Virus record (IMG/VR): IMGVR_UViG_3300045988_100865
Span: 1 to 60,750 of that record
Source: a virus
Length of the DNA stretch: 60,750 nucleotides
Reading direction: 5' to 3' (one strand)
Under the pieces are notes generated by a model. It did not search any database and was not told the origin of the DNA. It saw nothing but the letters and a program-made list of their open reading frames with translations. The first letter of the stretch is position 1. Each line of letters starts with the position of its first letter. Below are positions 42,872 to 52,490 of this stretch, piece after piece. The position numbers and the translations under genes were made by a program.

Positions 42872-42956
42872 GCACAGCGTAACCACACAGGTCTTCTAAA
42901 CCTGTCTCATAAAACTGTGGGAAGGACGAGTTGAGGTTCAATTCCTCCGCTGTGCA
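42872..42956 (+). tRNA. aberrant tRNA-like element with a UCU (Arg) anticodon-type hairpin
   Basis: Acceptor GCACAGC/GCTGTGC. T arm GAGG-TTCAATT-CCTC. Hairpin CAGGT-CTTCTAA-ACCTG. Only 8-9 nt sit where a D arm should be, and 27 nt lie between the hairpin and the T arm. Confidence 0.4.
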
Positions 42957-42981
42957 TATCAAATTTTGGAGGTTTGCTAGT

Positions 42982-43365
42982 ATGGCTAGAACTGGTAAAC
43001 TTTACTCTGAAACAATGCGAGAGCTCAGTCTTTTGGATGAGGAATCACTACAGCTTTATCAAATGCGTTGGGGGCTAGTTGACGTGGATGAAGTTTTGGT
43101 GAGCAAGGTAGGCTTTGAAGCTTTCAGTGCTATTCCTCCTGCAACTCCTGTGGCTAAAAATGCTATGCTTCAAATTATGGCTAGTTTTGAAGATAGCTAT
43201 GAGCGTAAGGAATGGGCTGATCGTATTGAGGGTAAAGCTACACAAACTACTGTCAATGTCAATCATGACACAAAAGATGGTGTTGATGAGCTTAAGAACT
43301 ACACCAAGGCTAAATTGGATGAGTTATTTGGAGACATGAATGACGAAGACAAACCCAAGGGATAA
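42982..43365 (+). CDS. terS: putative small terminase subunit
   Basis: ATG 42982 follows GGAGG (the listed TTG start at 42931 overlaps the tRNA-like element). Position-based call. Confidence 0.45.
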   Translation: MARTGKLYSETMRELSLLDEESLQLYQMRWGLVDVDEVLVSKVGFEAFSAIPPATPVAKNAMLQIMASFEDSYERKEWADRIEGKATQTTVNVNHDTKDGVDELKNYTKAKLDELFGDMNDEDKPKG

Positions 43366-44020
43366 AGTTTTTGATAAATACTATCCTGACTTGCTTAGTC
43401 TCCTAGAGGACTTTGCATCTTCTGTGATTTATGATGGTGACTATATAACTTCTGAGGATGCTGTGATTGATTACCTTGTGGATATGTACTCACAGACATT
43501 CCTTGATGAGATTGATTATATCTTGGATGCATTAGGCTATAACATCTACCCACAAGACTTAATCAACTTGAGAAATGGTGTAGATACTTCAGCTTTTGTG
43601 AGAAGTAATCGTGGAAGACTTAGAGAAATCCTTAATGGTCATGTTAAAGACCTTAAGAAACTTGTGAATGACAACAAAGACACACAGAGCAAAGATGATA
43701 TTTATAAATCCTATTGGTCTAATATAGACCGTCTTGCTTTAAGTGAGACACAGATGGGTATTGAAAAGGCTTCTGTGCAAAGTGCTAAGTTGTTTGGAGA
43801 CATTACAGGTGAACAACTCCTAAAAACTTGGAACGCTGTAGGTGATAAGCATACATGTCCTATCTGTAGGGCTATGGATGGTACTACAATCCCTGTGGAA
43901 GAGAGTTTTCAGTCTGTAGCTCCTTCAGTTCAGATCTCAGAAAGCCTTGATTACACAGGAGGAGATACAGTTTATGCACATCCAAGATGCAGATGTTGGG
44001 TTACTTACTCAAAAGCGTAA
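43340..44020 (+). CDS. head morphogenesis protein (SPP1 gp7 / Mu F-like)
   Basis: C-terminal signature ..HTCPICRAMDGTTIPVEE.. and ..AHPRCRCWVTY... Confidence 0.75.
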   Translation: MTKTNPRDKVFDKYYPDLLSLLEDFASSVIYDGDYITSEDAVIDYLVDMYSQTFLDEIDYILDALGYNIYPQDLINLRNGVDTSAFVRSNRGRLREILNGHVKDLKKLVNDNKDTQSKDDIYKSYWSNIDRLALSETQMGIEKASVQSAKLFGDITGEQLLKTWNAVGDKHTCPICRAMDGTTIPVEESFQSVAPSVQISESLDYTGGDTVYAHPRCRCWVTYSKA

Positions 44021-45614
44021 GGTTTTATCCAACAAGGAGAAGTTATCAATCCTCTTAGACCAAGCAACTCCACATGATCAGCTTAAAGATGCTGTGAAGG
44101 GTAAAATACCAAAGCATTTCAAGCGTAACACCATTCGTGAAAGACTAGGTTTTGATAAAGAGTTAGAATACTACAAGCTTGGGTTCACCACAGCACTATC
44201 TGAGTTTAACTTAGAGCTATGGTGGTCTCAAGCTGTGCAATTTGGAGCATTTCTTAGTGGTGACTTTAAAACTGGTTACTGTGTAGCTACTCCTCGGTAT
44301 GGTAAGTCATTCCTCTGTGGAATTATGTCAAACCATTTTGCCTATGAAGGTGAAAATTGCTATGCTGTAGGTTCTACACAAGAGTATTCAGGAATTATCA
44401 TCCAGCATGCAAGAGAAATCCTTGTAAATGCTCACCCTGATGTGAAAGCTATGCTATCCTTTGATGAAAAGGATGTCACAGCTGTTGATAAGCGATTGAA
44501 ACGTGGTCTATCATCATTCTCAAGTGAAGGTTTCACTTTCAGGAATGGTGGTAAGCTAGAAGGTCTATCAGCTGGTAGTAACTATACTGACCCATCTAAG
44601 ATTCACGTAATTGGTCGTGGTGGTAACATGTTTGGAGATGAAGCCTCTGACATTTCACCTATTGCTCTTGGACACATGGGTCGTAGGGAATTTGAATCAG
44701 ATGATGGACGTAAGTTGATTATGTACTTAATCTCTAACCCTCGGTCATTAAATAGCTTTTATGACTTTATGACAAATGATGATATTGCTGATGATGAGTT
44801 TGTCATGTGGCTAGATGTTGTAACAGCTATGGAAGAGGGTAGTATAAAGTACACCAAAGATGAGCTTATGAAGTCTCAGTTCACCATCACAGAGGACTCC
44901 ATTAGAGAAAACCTTTTGTGTGAGTTTCCGACTGAGAGATCATCATTCTTTGATGCATCACCTGATATTCTTGATAGCTTTAACATGAATCAGGAAGGTT
45001 TAGAGTTCTTCCTTGGTGTAGATAGTGCCTATAAGGGTGCTGATAGCATCCAGGTAACCATATCTTCTGTGGACAAGAATAATCACTTCACAGCTATTGA
45101 TACCATGGATATTAAGCCTGCTGAGTGGATTGATGGTATCACAGCAATTGAGATTGTTAACAAGATTGTGACTATAGCAAACCAGCTAAATGTAAAAGCT
45201 ATCGGTATAGATGCTGGTGGTGGAGCACACATTGTACAGCCTCTCAAGATGAGAAGGTTATCAGGACAGCTAAAATGCCCTGTGTATGATATTAACTTTG
45301 GTGGTAAGCCTACTGAGATTAAGATTATTGGGAAAGATCCTAGTGCTGAATATGCCTTTAACAGAAGAGCAGAAATGCATTTAATGCTAAGAGGTATGAT
45401 GGAAGCACAGAGGGTTTCCTTTGTGAGAAAAGTTTGGGATGCTATTTCTAGACAAATGTCCTTTGTGTCTGAAGTTCAAAGACCAGAGGATAGGAAAGTT
45501 AAAATCAGACCTAAAGCAGAGATTAAGAAGCTATTAAGACAATCACCAGATGAGCTTGATAGTGTTTTACTTTCTCTCCATGTAGCTGAATTGTATTACC
45601 TTGGAGGGTCTTAA
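43974..45614 (+). CDS. terL: large terminase subunit
   Basis: ATG 43974 follows AGGAGGA. Walker A-like ..VATPRYGKSFLCG... Size and position upstream of the portal fit. Confidence 0.75.
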   Translation: MHIQDADVGLLTQKRKVLSNKEKLSILLDQATPHDQLKDAVKGKIPKHFKRNTIRERLGFDKELEYYKLGFTTALSEFNLELWWSQAVQFGAFLSGDFKTGYCVATPRYGKSFLCGIMSNHFAYEGENCYAVGSTQEYSGIIIQHAREILVNAHPDVKAMLSFDEKDVTAVDKRLKRGLSSFSSEGFTFRNGGKLEGLSAGSNYTDPSKIHVIGRGGNMFGDEASDISPIALGHMGRREFESDDGRKLIMYLISNPRSLNSFYDFMTNDDIADDEFVMWLDVVTAMEEGSIKYTKDELMKSQFTITEDSIRENLLCEFPTERSSFFDASPDILDSFNMNQEGLEFFLGVDSAYKGADSIQVTISSVDKNNHFTAIDTMDIKPAEWIDGITAIEIVNKIVTIANQLNVKAIGIDAGGGAHIVQPLKMRRLSGQLKCPVYDINFGGKPTEIKIIGKDPSAEYAFNRRAEMHLMLRGMMEAQRVSFVRKVWDAISRQMSFVSEVQRPEDRKVKIRPKAEIKKLLRQSPDELDSVLLSLHVAELYYLGGS

Positions 45615-46957
45615 TGACTTGTGGAAAATGTAAGAGAGATGATTGTGGTGGTCAATGTGCAATGGATCAGGCATTCCTTGCAGATTACAAGGATAGACTA
45701 ATCTATTCAAGCACAGGATTCAGAGGAACTTCTATCAATGAAAATCTTGAAGAAATTGAGCAATTGGCTCTTGATCTTCCAGATGTTGATTATATCCTAG
45801 ACAATATTGTCAATTATATGTTTACCAACTCCCTTACCACAGATGATTATGGCAAGGACAAGATCTTATTTGATTTTCTTCAGGGTAAGAACTTCAATGG
45901 TGAACGTAATTATGATGTACTTAAGCAGATAGCTAAAGGTTATAGAAAATATGGTTATTATGGACTTCTATCCACAAAAGAAGGTCTTGTAGGTATTCAT
46001 CCTAAAGATATTCTAGCTTGTGTGATTGATTATCCTAAGATGCCTGTGCTTAGACAAAACCTAACCTATCTGATTAAGAAGGGTGACTACTACAGAACAC
46101 CTTATGTACAGAAAACAGGGAATCCTAGAATAGCAAGTGACTATTCAGAAGAGGATATTAATGCAATCCTAAAAGACCCTGAAGCATATAAAAATGATGT
46201 AATGGTTGTAACCAGTGAAGAGTTCTCTTGTGTAAGACTAGACACATCACAAGTATTCTGTATGAGTCCAATGCTCAAAGATAGAAAACGTGTTGAGCTT
46301 ATCCTCAATATTCTCAACCGTATGAACTATGATATTTCAAGAAATGGTATTGGTACAATTGCTTTACAAGCTAAAGATACCCTTGAAGAACAAATTGAGG
46401 AAAGTGTAGAGCAAGGATCTGCTTTCTCTAGTGGAGAATTGCTTGATATGGGTAGAACAGCTAAGGCTGAACGTACTCAGAAGATTGTGGAAGACATGAA
46501 CGCTTTTGCTGAGAAGCTATCTGAGACTGAGTTCAATGACGCTATTGTGTACTCAGGAAATTTCCAAAATCTTGAACAGTTAGAGCGTGATACAAAAGCA
46601 ACTGACTTCCTGGATTACTTATCACAGTATGTTCCAGCTATTATCTGTCAGATGTTTGGTGTACCAGCTAGATTATTTGACTTAAATAAGACAGTATCTA
46701 ACATTGGTACATATAGTATCATTGATAATGCTATGAAGAACACAATTATCCCTATGAGAGAGCATTTCTTAGGACAAATTGTAGGTCTATTACAGCATGC
46801 AACTGGCCTTAAAGAGCACATTAAGTTTGATAGCTATGAGTTTGCTAATAGCTACAACTACAATAACGACATTTACATTTTGGATGTTTATGAACGTTTG
46901 AAGAATATTGATGAACAAATGGCTGAGGCTTACTTAGCTAAAAACCTGATTGTGTAA
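45614..46957 (+). CDS. portal protein
   Basis: 447 aa, TAATG-coupled to terL. N-terminus carries CGKCKRDDCGGQC. The call rests on position and size. Confidence 0.65.
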   Translation: MTCGKCKRDDCGGQCAMDQAFLADYKDRLIYSSTGFRGTSINENLEEIEQLALDLPDVDYILDNIVNYMFTNSLTTDDYGKDKILFDFLQGKNFNGERNYDVLKQIAKGYRKYGYYGLLSTKEGLVGIHPKDILACVIDYPKMPVLRQNLTYLIKKGDYYRTPYVQKTGNPRIASDYSEEDINAILKDPEAYKNDVMVVTSEEFSCVRLDTSQVFCMSPMLKDRKRVELILNILNRMNYDISRNGIGTIALQAKDTLEEQIEESVEQGSAFSSGELLDMGRTAKAERTQKIVEDMNAFAEKLSETEFNDAIVYSGNFQNLEQLERDTKATDFLDYLSQYVPAIICQMFGVPARLFDLNKTVSNIGTYSIIDNAMKNTIIPMREHFLGQIVGLLQHATGLKEHIKFDSYEFANSYNYNNDIYILDVYERLKNIDEQMAEAYLAKNLIV

Positions 46958-46967
46958 GGAGTATAAG

Positions 46968-47513
46968 ATGTCAGACAAGATTATGACAATTGAAGAGCTT
47001 GCAAAGATGCAGGATAAAGTCATTGAGGCAACTAAAACAGATGCACCTGTGGCTATTGAAACACCCACATCAAACATTGTGAATGGAGATTCAACTAAAG
47101 TAGGTTCTATTGATCCAAAGAACTACACAGTAGAGTTATGGCTCCCTGTGACTAAAGAAACTCCTAAAGATGCTGAATTGGTTATGGATGGTACAGCATA
47201 TAGACAGTTTGTTAATGCAGATCAGAAGTTCATTACAGCACGTATTGCACGTAAGGTACGTAACTATGCATCTACAATCACTTTAGCCTTTACAAACTTC
47301 AAGGAAGATGGAGATTCAGAAATCTACACTGTGGATGATCTCCTTAAGGTCTATGAAGTGTTTGATGATAATGTTATTGATGCTTGTGAGAAGCTTGTGA
47401 GTGTTGTTTTAGGTATTCCTGAGCATCTTATGCAATATATCACTGATACATCATTGATGGAAACTTGCACAAAGATTATCAATAACAATCCATCATTTTT
47501 TCAAGCTAGTTAG
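46968..47513 (+). CDS. hypothetical head-module protein
   Basis: ATG 46968 follows AAGGAG. Confidence 0.55.
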   Translation: MSDKIMTIEELAKMQDKVIEATKTDAPVAIETPTSNIVNGDSTKVGSIDPKNYTVELWLPVTKETPKDAELVMDGTAYRQFVNADQKFITARIARKVRNYASTITLAFTNFKEDGDSEIYTVDDLLKVYEVFDDNVIDACEKLVSVVLGIPEHLMQYITDTSLMETCTKIINNNPSFFQAS

Positions 47514-47541
47514 TTATCTAGTTAGGTATAACTGGGCTTGG

Positions 47542-47937
47542 GTGAATGGAAAAATCAAAGAGAAGGACGACTACAAAGGACTTGCATATGAGGACTATGT
47601 AGCAGTTACTCTTGATGATATTGAGGAGAAAGTACTTGCTGTAGTGAAAGAATATAGCATGGACTACAGCTATGTCACAGATCAGATGTATTACCCTGAT
47701 GTTACTGTGTATTATGCAAAAATGGCTAATAACAATGCCTTCAAGAGTTATAATGACTATCTAAACTTAGATGAACAGTCACAAGGGAAGTATGTTACTG
47801 ATTGGGGTGTACCTGAGCCTTATGTTTATGAGATTATTACACCTGACAAGCAACAAAAAGCAATAGAAGCTAAAAATAAACCTAGTACAAATACCCTTAA
47901 GGATATGTACAGGCATGGAGGAAGATTAAATGACTGA
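47542..47937 (+). CDS. hypothetical protein (131 aa)
   Basis: Listed ORF with a GTG start and no clear RBS. Confidence 0.45.
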   Translation: MNGKIKEKDDYKGLAYEDYVAVTLDDIEEKVLAVVKEYSMDYSYVTDQMYYPDVTVYYAKMANNNAFKSYNDYLNLDEQSQGKYVTDWGVPEPYVYEIITPDKQQKAIEAKNKPSTNTLKDMYRHGGRLND

Positions 47938-48502
47938 AGTACTTAGTGATGTACTTGGATTCTTAGATACTAAGCGTAAAGAAATTATACCTGAGTATGT
48001 ACGCAATGGAAAACCTGTGTACACACTTCGTAAATATGCAAACTTAACTGACCTTGATGCAGAAGTGCTTATCAATGGTGGTACAGAGAATGTAGCACAA
48101 AAGATCCCAACTATTGGTGTATCAGGTAATATGCTACGTACTCCTCGTACATCATACGCTGTGAATGTTGAAATTGCATTTGACAATCGTGTGAAGATTG
48201 TAGATCAAGAAGTTTCTGAGGGTAAGACAGAGAAAGTTTATACTTTTGTTGTTGACCAACGTGCTTTGATGGAACAATCATCAGGACATATCTATGCAAA
48301 CTACATTGTAGGCTTTGTAGTAGGTAAAGGTAAAGGTGGTAAGCCTGAAGTCCGTGGAACTGTCCATATCAAGGAAGATGAGTTTATCAATGACTTTGAT
48401 GCTACTTTTGATCCATTTGAGATGGAAGCTATCATGGATCTCATTAACCATTACAAGCTAGAGCATGGTACAGCTAAGGTTATTGATACCATCAAGTTTT
48501 AA
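47930..48502 (+). CDS. hypothetical protein (190 aa)
   Basis: RBS GGAGGAAG upstream, followed by a terminator. Confidence 0.55.
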   Translation: MTEVLSDVLGFLDTKRKEIIPEYVRNGKPVYTLRKYANLTDLDAEVLINGGTENVAQKIPTIGVSGNMLRTPRTSYAVNVEIAFDNRVKIVDQEVSEGKTEKVYTFVVDQRALMEQSSGHIYANYIVGFVVGKGKGGKPEVRGTVHIKEDEFINDFDATFDPFEMEAIMDLINHYKLEHGTAKVIDTIKF

Positions 48503-48511
48503 TTTAGTTGT

Positions 48512-48546
48512 GGTAGGGTTGACTCCCTACCTCTTTTTGTTATAAT
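48512..48546 (+). promoter_or_regulatory. terminator hairpin whose loop is the -35 of a consensus promoter
   Basis: GGTAGGG-TTGACT-CCCTACC followed by tcttttt. TTGACT (48519-48524), 16 nt ending in TGT, TATAAT (48541-48546). Confidence 0.65.
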
Positions 48547-48580
48547 GTGAATATAATTATGCAAGGAAGGAGCACATTTA

Positions 48581-48865
48581 ATGGCTACTATTAAAGTTCC
48601 TAAAATGAACCTCAAGATTGAAGTTGCAGGGGAAACTAAAACTTTCAAGTCACCTCTTGCTGAAACAATCTTAGCTCAAGTAAGACGAGTAGTTGTAGGG
48701 CATGAACAGATTCAATACTATGATGTTGATGAAAACAAGTTCAAGTCATTCACTTATTGCTGTGGTGATAAGTATGAATTTAATTACGAACTTGAAGAAG
48801 TTCCACTTAAAGACACTGAATTTGACTGTTATGGCTTCCCTATCACTTATGCAGGAGATAAATAA
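48581..48865 (+). CDS. hypothetical protein (94 aa)
   Basis: RBS AAGGAAGGAG upstream. First gene after the promoter at 48519. Confidence 0.55.
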   Translation: MATIKVPKMNLKIEVAGETKTFKSPLAETILAQVRRVVVGHEQIQYYDVDENKFKSFTYCCGDKYEFNYELEEVPLKDTEFDCYGFPITYAGDK

Positions 48866-49008
48866 TGACAGAAGTAAAAACAGTAGGACAAACCTATCAA
48901 GAGTTTATGCGTGAAGTACGTGCTAAACAATTTGGTAGAGAGTCTGAAGTTATTTCTTCTATCACTGAAGGCACAACTGTTGAAGTTGTAGATGCAAAGA
49001 AGGGATAA
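48865..49008 (+). CDS. small hypothetical protein (47 aa; not in the ORF track)
   Basis: TAATG coupling with the upstream gene. Reads MTEVKTVGQTYQEFMREVRAKQFGRESEVISSITEGTTVEVVDAKKG. Confidence 0.45.
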   Translation: MTEVKTVGQTYQEFMREVRAKQFGRESEVISSITEGTTVEVVDAKKG

Positions 49009-49011
49009 GTC

Positions 49012-49338
49012 GTGAGTAAATTTAGAGTATCAAGATTCTTGAAACGTGATCTAGTTGCTAGAGTAAGTTTCTTGAATGACAAAGGTATTATTCAAAACTC
49101 ACGTAAGTTCTTTGAATTTTATCCTGGAGACAACCAAGAGAGTGAAGGTTGGTATGAAACTACTGATGAAGTTCTCTTGGCTAGTCTCAAGGATCAAACA
49201 GAACAACTACCTTTCTCACCTGAGACAGAGGCAGGATTGAAACAGGATAATGTTCCTTATGAATATGCCTACTGTGCCTCATGTGGTGGCAAGAAAGTAA
49301 GAAAACTTAAATATAATTTGTTTGAGGTTATTGAATAA
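49012..49338 (+). CDS. hypothetical protein (108 aa)
   Basis: GTG start follows AAGGGA. TAATG coupling to the next gene. Confidence 0.5.
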   Translation: MSKFRVSRFLKRDLVARVSFLNDKGIIQNSRKFFEFYPGDNQESEGWYETTDEVLLASLKDQTEQLPFSPETEAGLKQDNVPYEYAYCASCGGKKVRKLKYNLFEVIE

Positions 49339-50501
49339 TGCACATCAAGACACAGATTGCAGGTAAGATTATGAATGAAATCAATGATTATCTCAAAAGA
49401 AAAGATACTCTTGATAACCTTCTAAACTTATCTCAAGAGAGCACAGAAAAAGAGTGCCTATCTGTGGATAAGGTTGATAATAGTGATGGTTATATGACCC
49501 TTTTGTCTGAAGGATCAGTGTTATATCAGGATGGTACAATTAGACTTTACTTGTGTAAGGGTACTTTAAAGAACTGGTATGATAGCATTGATGAGACATT
49601 TGAAGGGTATGTATCAACTGGTCATATAGATCTCAATAGTTATCCTGTTAGAGAAGGTTATTTCAGAAAGAATGATCTTAAATTAGTTCAGGATGAAAAT
49701 GGTAGATATGACCTGCTAGTTAAGCCTCATGTGAATACAAAACTAAGCAACGTTAAGGACATGATCCTTCAAGATGAGCCTTTTGCAATATCTTCTGAGT
49801 TCTTGTGGTATCACAAAGAAATTGGTGATGAAGACATTGAAGAATATGCAAAACTCATTGCTTACAATGTTGAGCATGGTGGTGATATTGATGTACCTAT
49901 CACAGATAAGGTAGAAATTACAGGATTCTCCTTTGTGGGTAATCCTGGTAATGCTAAGAGTGGTGGATATGATCCATCCTTACTAGTAAGAAATGAGGAA
50001 GAACACTTGAAGAATAAAGAAATTCTTGAAAAAGTACTTGCTCACCTTTCAGCTCAAGTAGAACCTGAAGAAGTGAAAGAGGAAGTAGTTCCTGAAGAAA
50101 CTCCTGTGGTTGAAGAAGAGCCTAAAGCTGAAGAAGCTGAAGAAAAGGTAGAGAAAGTAGAAGAAGAGCCTAAAGCTGAAGAAGCTGAAGAAAAGGTAGA
50201 GAAAGTAGAAGAGGAGCCAAAAGCTGAGGAAGAAGAAGCTAAAACTGAAGATTCTGAAGCATTGGCTAAAGCTATCGAAGCTATTGAGTCATTAACAGCT
50301 GAAGTTGAAGCACTTAAGGCTGAGATTGCTTCTAAAGATGCTATTATTGCAGAAAAAGAAGCTAATGAAGAAGCTGTTGAAGGTCAACTTTCTAAATTGT
50401 CAGTATTGCTTGAAAAAGCAAACCCTGTGGTTGAGAAAGCTTCAAAAGTAGAAGAAAAACCTGTGAACCGTTTTGGACGAGTTCGCTTTGGAGGACAATA
50501 A
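49338..50501 (+). CDS. capsid scaffolding protein (possibly a GPO-type protease-scaffold)
   Basis: Immediately upstream of the major capsid gene. The acidic coiled-coil C-terminal half has a tandem EEEPKAEEAEEKVEKV repeat. Its N-terminal half loosely resembles P2 gpO (GYVSTGHIDL, FAISSEF). Confidence 0.5.
   Translation: MHIKTQIAGKIMNEINDYLKRKDTLDNLLNLSQESTEKECLSVDKVDNSDGYMTLLSEGSVLYQDGTIRLYLCKGTLKNWYDSIDETFEGYVSTGHIDLNSYPVREGYFRKNDLKLVQDENGRYDLLVKPHVNTKLSNVKDMILQDEPFAISSEFLWYHKEIGDEDIEEYAKLIAYNVEHGGDIDVPITDKVEITGFSFVGNPGNAKSGGYDPSLLVRNEEEHLKNKEILEKVLAHLSAQVEPEEVKEEVVPEETPVVEEEPKAEEAEEKVEKVEEEPKAEEAEEKVEKVEEEPKAEEEEAKTEDSEALAKAIEAIESLTAEVEALKAEIASKDAIIAEKEANEEAVEGQLSKLSVLLEKANPVVEKASKVEEKPVNRFGRVRFGGQ
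50112..50240 (+). repeat. 48-nt tandem repeat (2 exact copies and 1 degenerate) inside the scaffold gene
   Basis: 50112-50159 and 50160-50207 are identical (gaagaagagcctaaagctgaagaagctgaagaaaaggtagagaaagta). A third, partial copy follows. Confidence 0.85.
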
Positions 50502-50502
50502 A

Positions 50503-51690
50503 TTGAGTAAAGTAAATTTTGATATTTTGCTTGGTGAAGCTATTGACAACTTGTATGAGCGCACTAAAGCCCAACTAGCTAACAAAGAAAACTTCACCAT
50601 TGAAGATGGTAAGATTCCTTTTGGTATCTCACGTGACTGGTCTAAAGCTCAACCTTCACTTCGTGAAGTTGGTATGGATGATGAGTTGGTAAACGATATT
50701 CTTAAACGTTTTGAACAATCATCTTTTGGAGCTTTGCGTCAAGCTAAAAATGGTGACTGGATCATGGAAGGTATCACATGGGGTACTAAAGCACCTGACT
50801 TTGCTAACGATACTTCAGATGCCTGCTGTTTCACTGAGAAATTCACTATGCAAGCAACTGGTGATGCTACGCCTGTACGTTACCTATGTTTCAAGGACTG
50901 TGAAACTCGTCTTGACCGTTTAATGAAAGACAAAATGCACTTCAAACAAGGAGATCTTATCAATATCTTCCAACGTTTGGGTATGTCTTATGAAGAAGCT
51001 GAACAATTCATGGCATGGTACACATTTGCCTTTATCGTTCAACGTCATATCGTTCAAGGTATGTTGAACTTCCAAGGTCAAGGTCTTCGTCCATTCGCTG
51101 GTGTGGCTGAAATGATGTCTCACCCAGGAGTTACTCCTATTGATGCTTCAGGATCCATCATTGGTGCTTTCCGTCAAGTAGCTTGCTACCTAGATGTATT
51201 AAACAACCAATCTGCACGTTACAAGATCTATGTTCACCCACTTACACTTCGTGGAATCAAATCTGAAATCGTTCCTGGTAAAGATGGTAAACTTCCTCAA
51301 GGTTGGTCTGTAAACGGTGAGTCTATCTCATTCCGTGGTATTCCATTCGGTGTATCTTACCACTTGCCTTATGACCTTGAAAAGACTATGACTGGTGAAG
51401 CTTACGTGATTGACTTGTCTAGAGTTGAAGCTTTGACTCAATATGACTTGTTTGTACCGCAATCTTCTATCTACACTCAACGTACAGAAGATACTACTAA
51501 ACCAGGATGTGAAGTGATCTGTGATAAGTATGAAAACTTCGGTTTGGTACATACTAACTCACCAATCTCTCACTTGTTGATTGCAAACATTCCATTGGAT
51601 CAAACTTGCCCTGCTGTGGTATTTGAGCGTATTCAAGGACTTCTTACAGGACTTAACCCATTCCCAATGGCAACTATTCCAGCAAAATAA
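50503..51690 (+). CDS. major capsid protein
   Basis: TTG 50503 lies 8 nt after GGAGGA (the listed TTG at 50473 overlaps the scaffold gene). About 396 aa. Codon usage shifts to CGT/GGT/TTC, unlike neighbouring genes. Position follows the scaffold. Confidence 0.7.
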   Translation: MSKVNFDILLGEAIDNLYERTKAQLANKENFTIEDGKIPFGISRDWSKAQPSLREVGMDDELVNDILKRFEQSSFGALRQAKNGDWIMEGITWGTKAPDFANDTSDACCFTEKFTMQATGDATPVRYLCFKDCETRLDRLMKDKMHFKQGDLINIFQRLGMSYEEAEQFMAWYTFAFIVQRHIVQGMLNFQGQGLRPFAGVAEMMSHPGVTPIDASGSIIGAFRQVACYLDVLNNQSARYKIYVHPLTLRGIKSEIVPGKDGKLPQGWSVNGESISFRGIPFGVSYHLPYDLEKTMTGEAYVIDLSRVEALTQYDLFVPQSSIYTQRTEDTTKPGCEVICDKYENFGLVHTNSPISHLLIANIPLDQTCPAVVFERIQGLLTGLNPFPMATIPAK

Positions 51691-51701
51691 GGAGACAGTA
51701 A

Positions 51702-52490
51702 ATGCAACCTGAATTGGAATTAATTAAAATCACCAATAAACTTCAAGAGAAGTGTGGTTGCTTTGACTGTGATGATGGAGCAACTATGCAACGGTACATG
51801 GAGAGCTTTCTCCGTGTACTCGCTCGCTTGTTCTGCTGGACTGATGGTGAGTGTGCTACTATTCTGAAGAGTAGAAGACATGAAGTTATACCTATCACTG
51901 AGTTTGAACTATGTGGCTGTGATGCACTAGTTGAGATTAAGCCTTATTACTATAAGGGGTTCGATCCTAATTCACTCAAGGTCTACTTACAGAAACGTAA
52001 AGGCTTGGAGAGAGAAGAATATGAACTTGATACTACAAAGTATAACTGGTCCTTTGTGGATGGTACATTACTGATTAATGTTACAGACGAACTCAGCCCT
52101 TGCTGTAAATGCTGTGACCCTTGCTCTTGTGAGGCTCAGTATAAGATCATCCTAGACTATGAAGCAGGATACACCTCTGAAAGTCTACCTGACTGTATCT
52201 ATGAGGCTATGTGTCACTTCATGAATATCTTCATTGCTTATCAGAATAAATGTGGCTCAATTGATGAGTGTGCTAATATGGACAGATTAGCTGTAGGAGC
52301 TGTGCTTAAGCAGAAATCAGTAGACTATATCGTAAGAGAATGGACTATTGACGATGGAAGCATTGATAGGTTCTATGTTAAGCTAATTAATAAATGGACT
52401 TTAGCCACTCTCAGCTCACTATCACTGTGTAAGAAAGTTTACACAGAGAATCTATACTTAACTATTGGGAGAAGAAAAGAATGCAAGTAA
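51702..52490 (+). CDS. Cys-rich head/connector-module protein
   Basis: About 19 Cys in 262 aa (CGCFDCDDG, LCGCD, SPCCKCCDPCSCE). RBS AAGGAGA upstream. Confidence 0.55.
   Translation: MQPELELIKITNKLQEKCGCFDCDDGATMQRYMESFLRVLARLFCWTDGECATILKSRRHEVIPITEFELCGCDALVEIKPYYYKGFDPNSLKVYLQKRKGLEREEYELDTTKYNWSFVDGTLLINVTDELSPCCKCCDPCSCEAQYKIILDYEAGYTSESLPDCIYEAMCHFMNIFIAYQNKCGSIDECANMDRLAVGAVLKQKSVDYIVREWTIDDGSIDRFYVKLINKWTLATLSSLSLCKKVYTENLYLTIGRRKECK

Noticed and set aside
42872-42956. The aberrant tRNA-like element considered as a selenocysteine tRNA (possible 8-bp acceptor, 6-bp anticodon stem, long extra region).
   Set aside because: The anticodon is UCU, not UCA, and there is no long D stem. No selenoprotein machinery or in-frame TGA genes were noticed.
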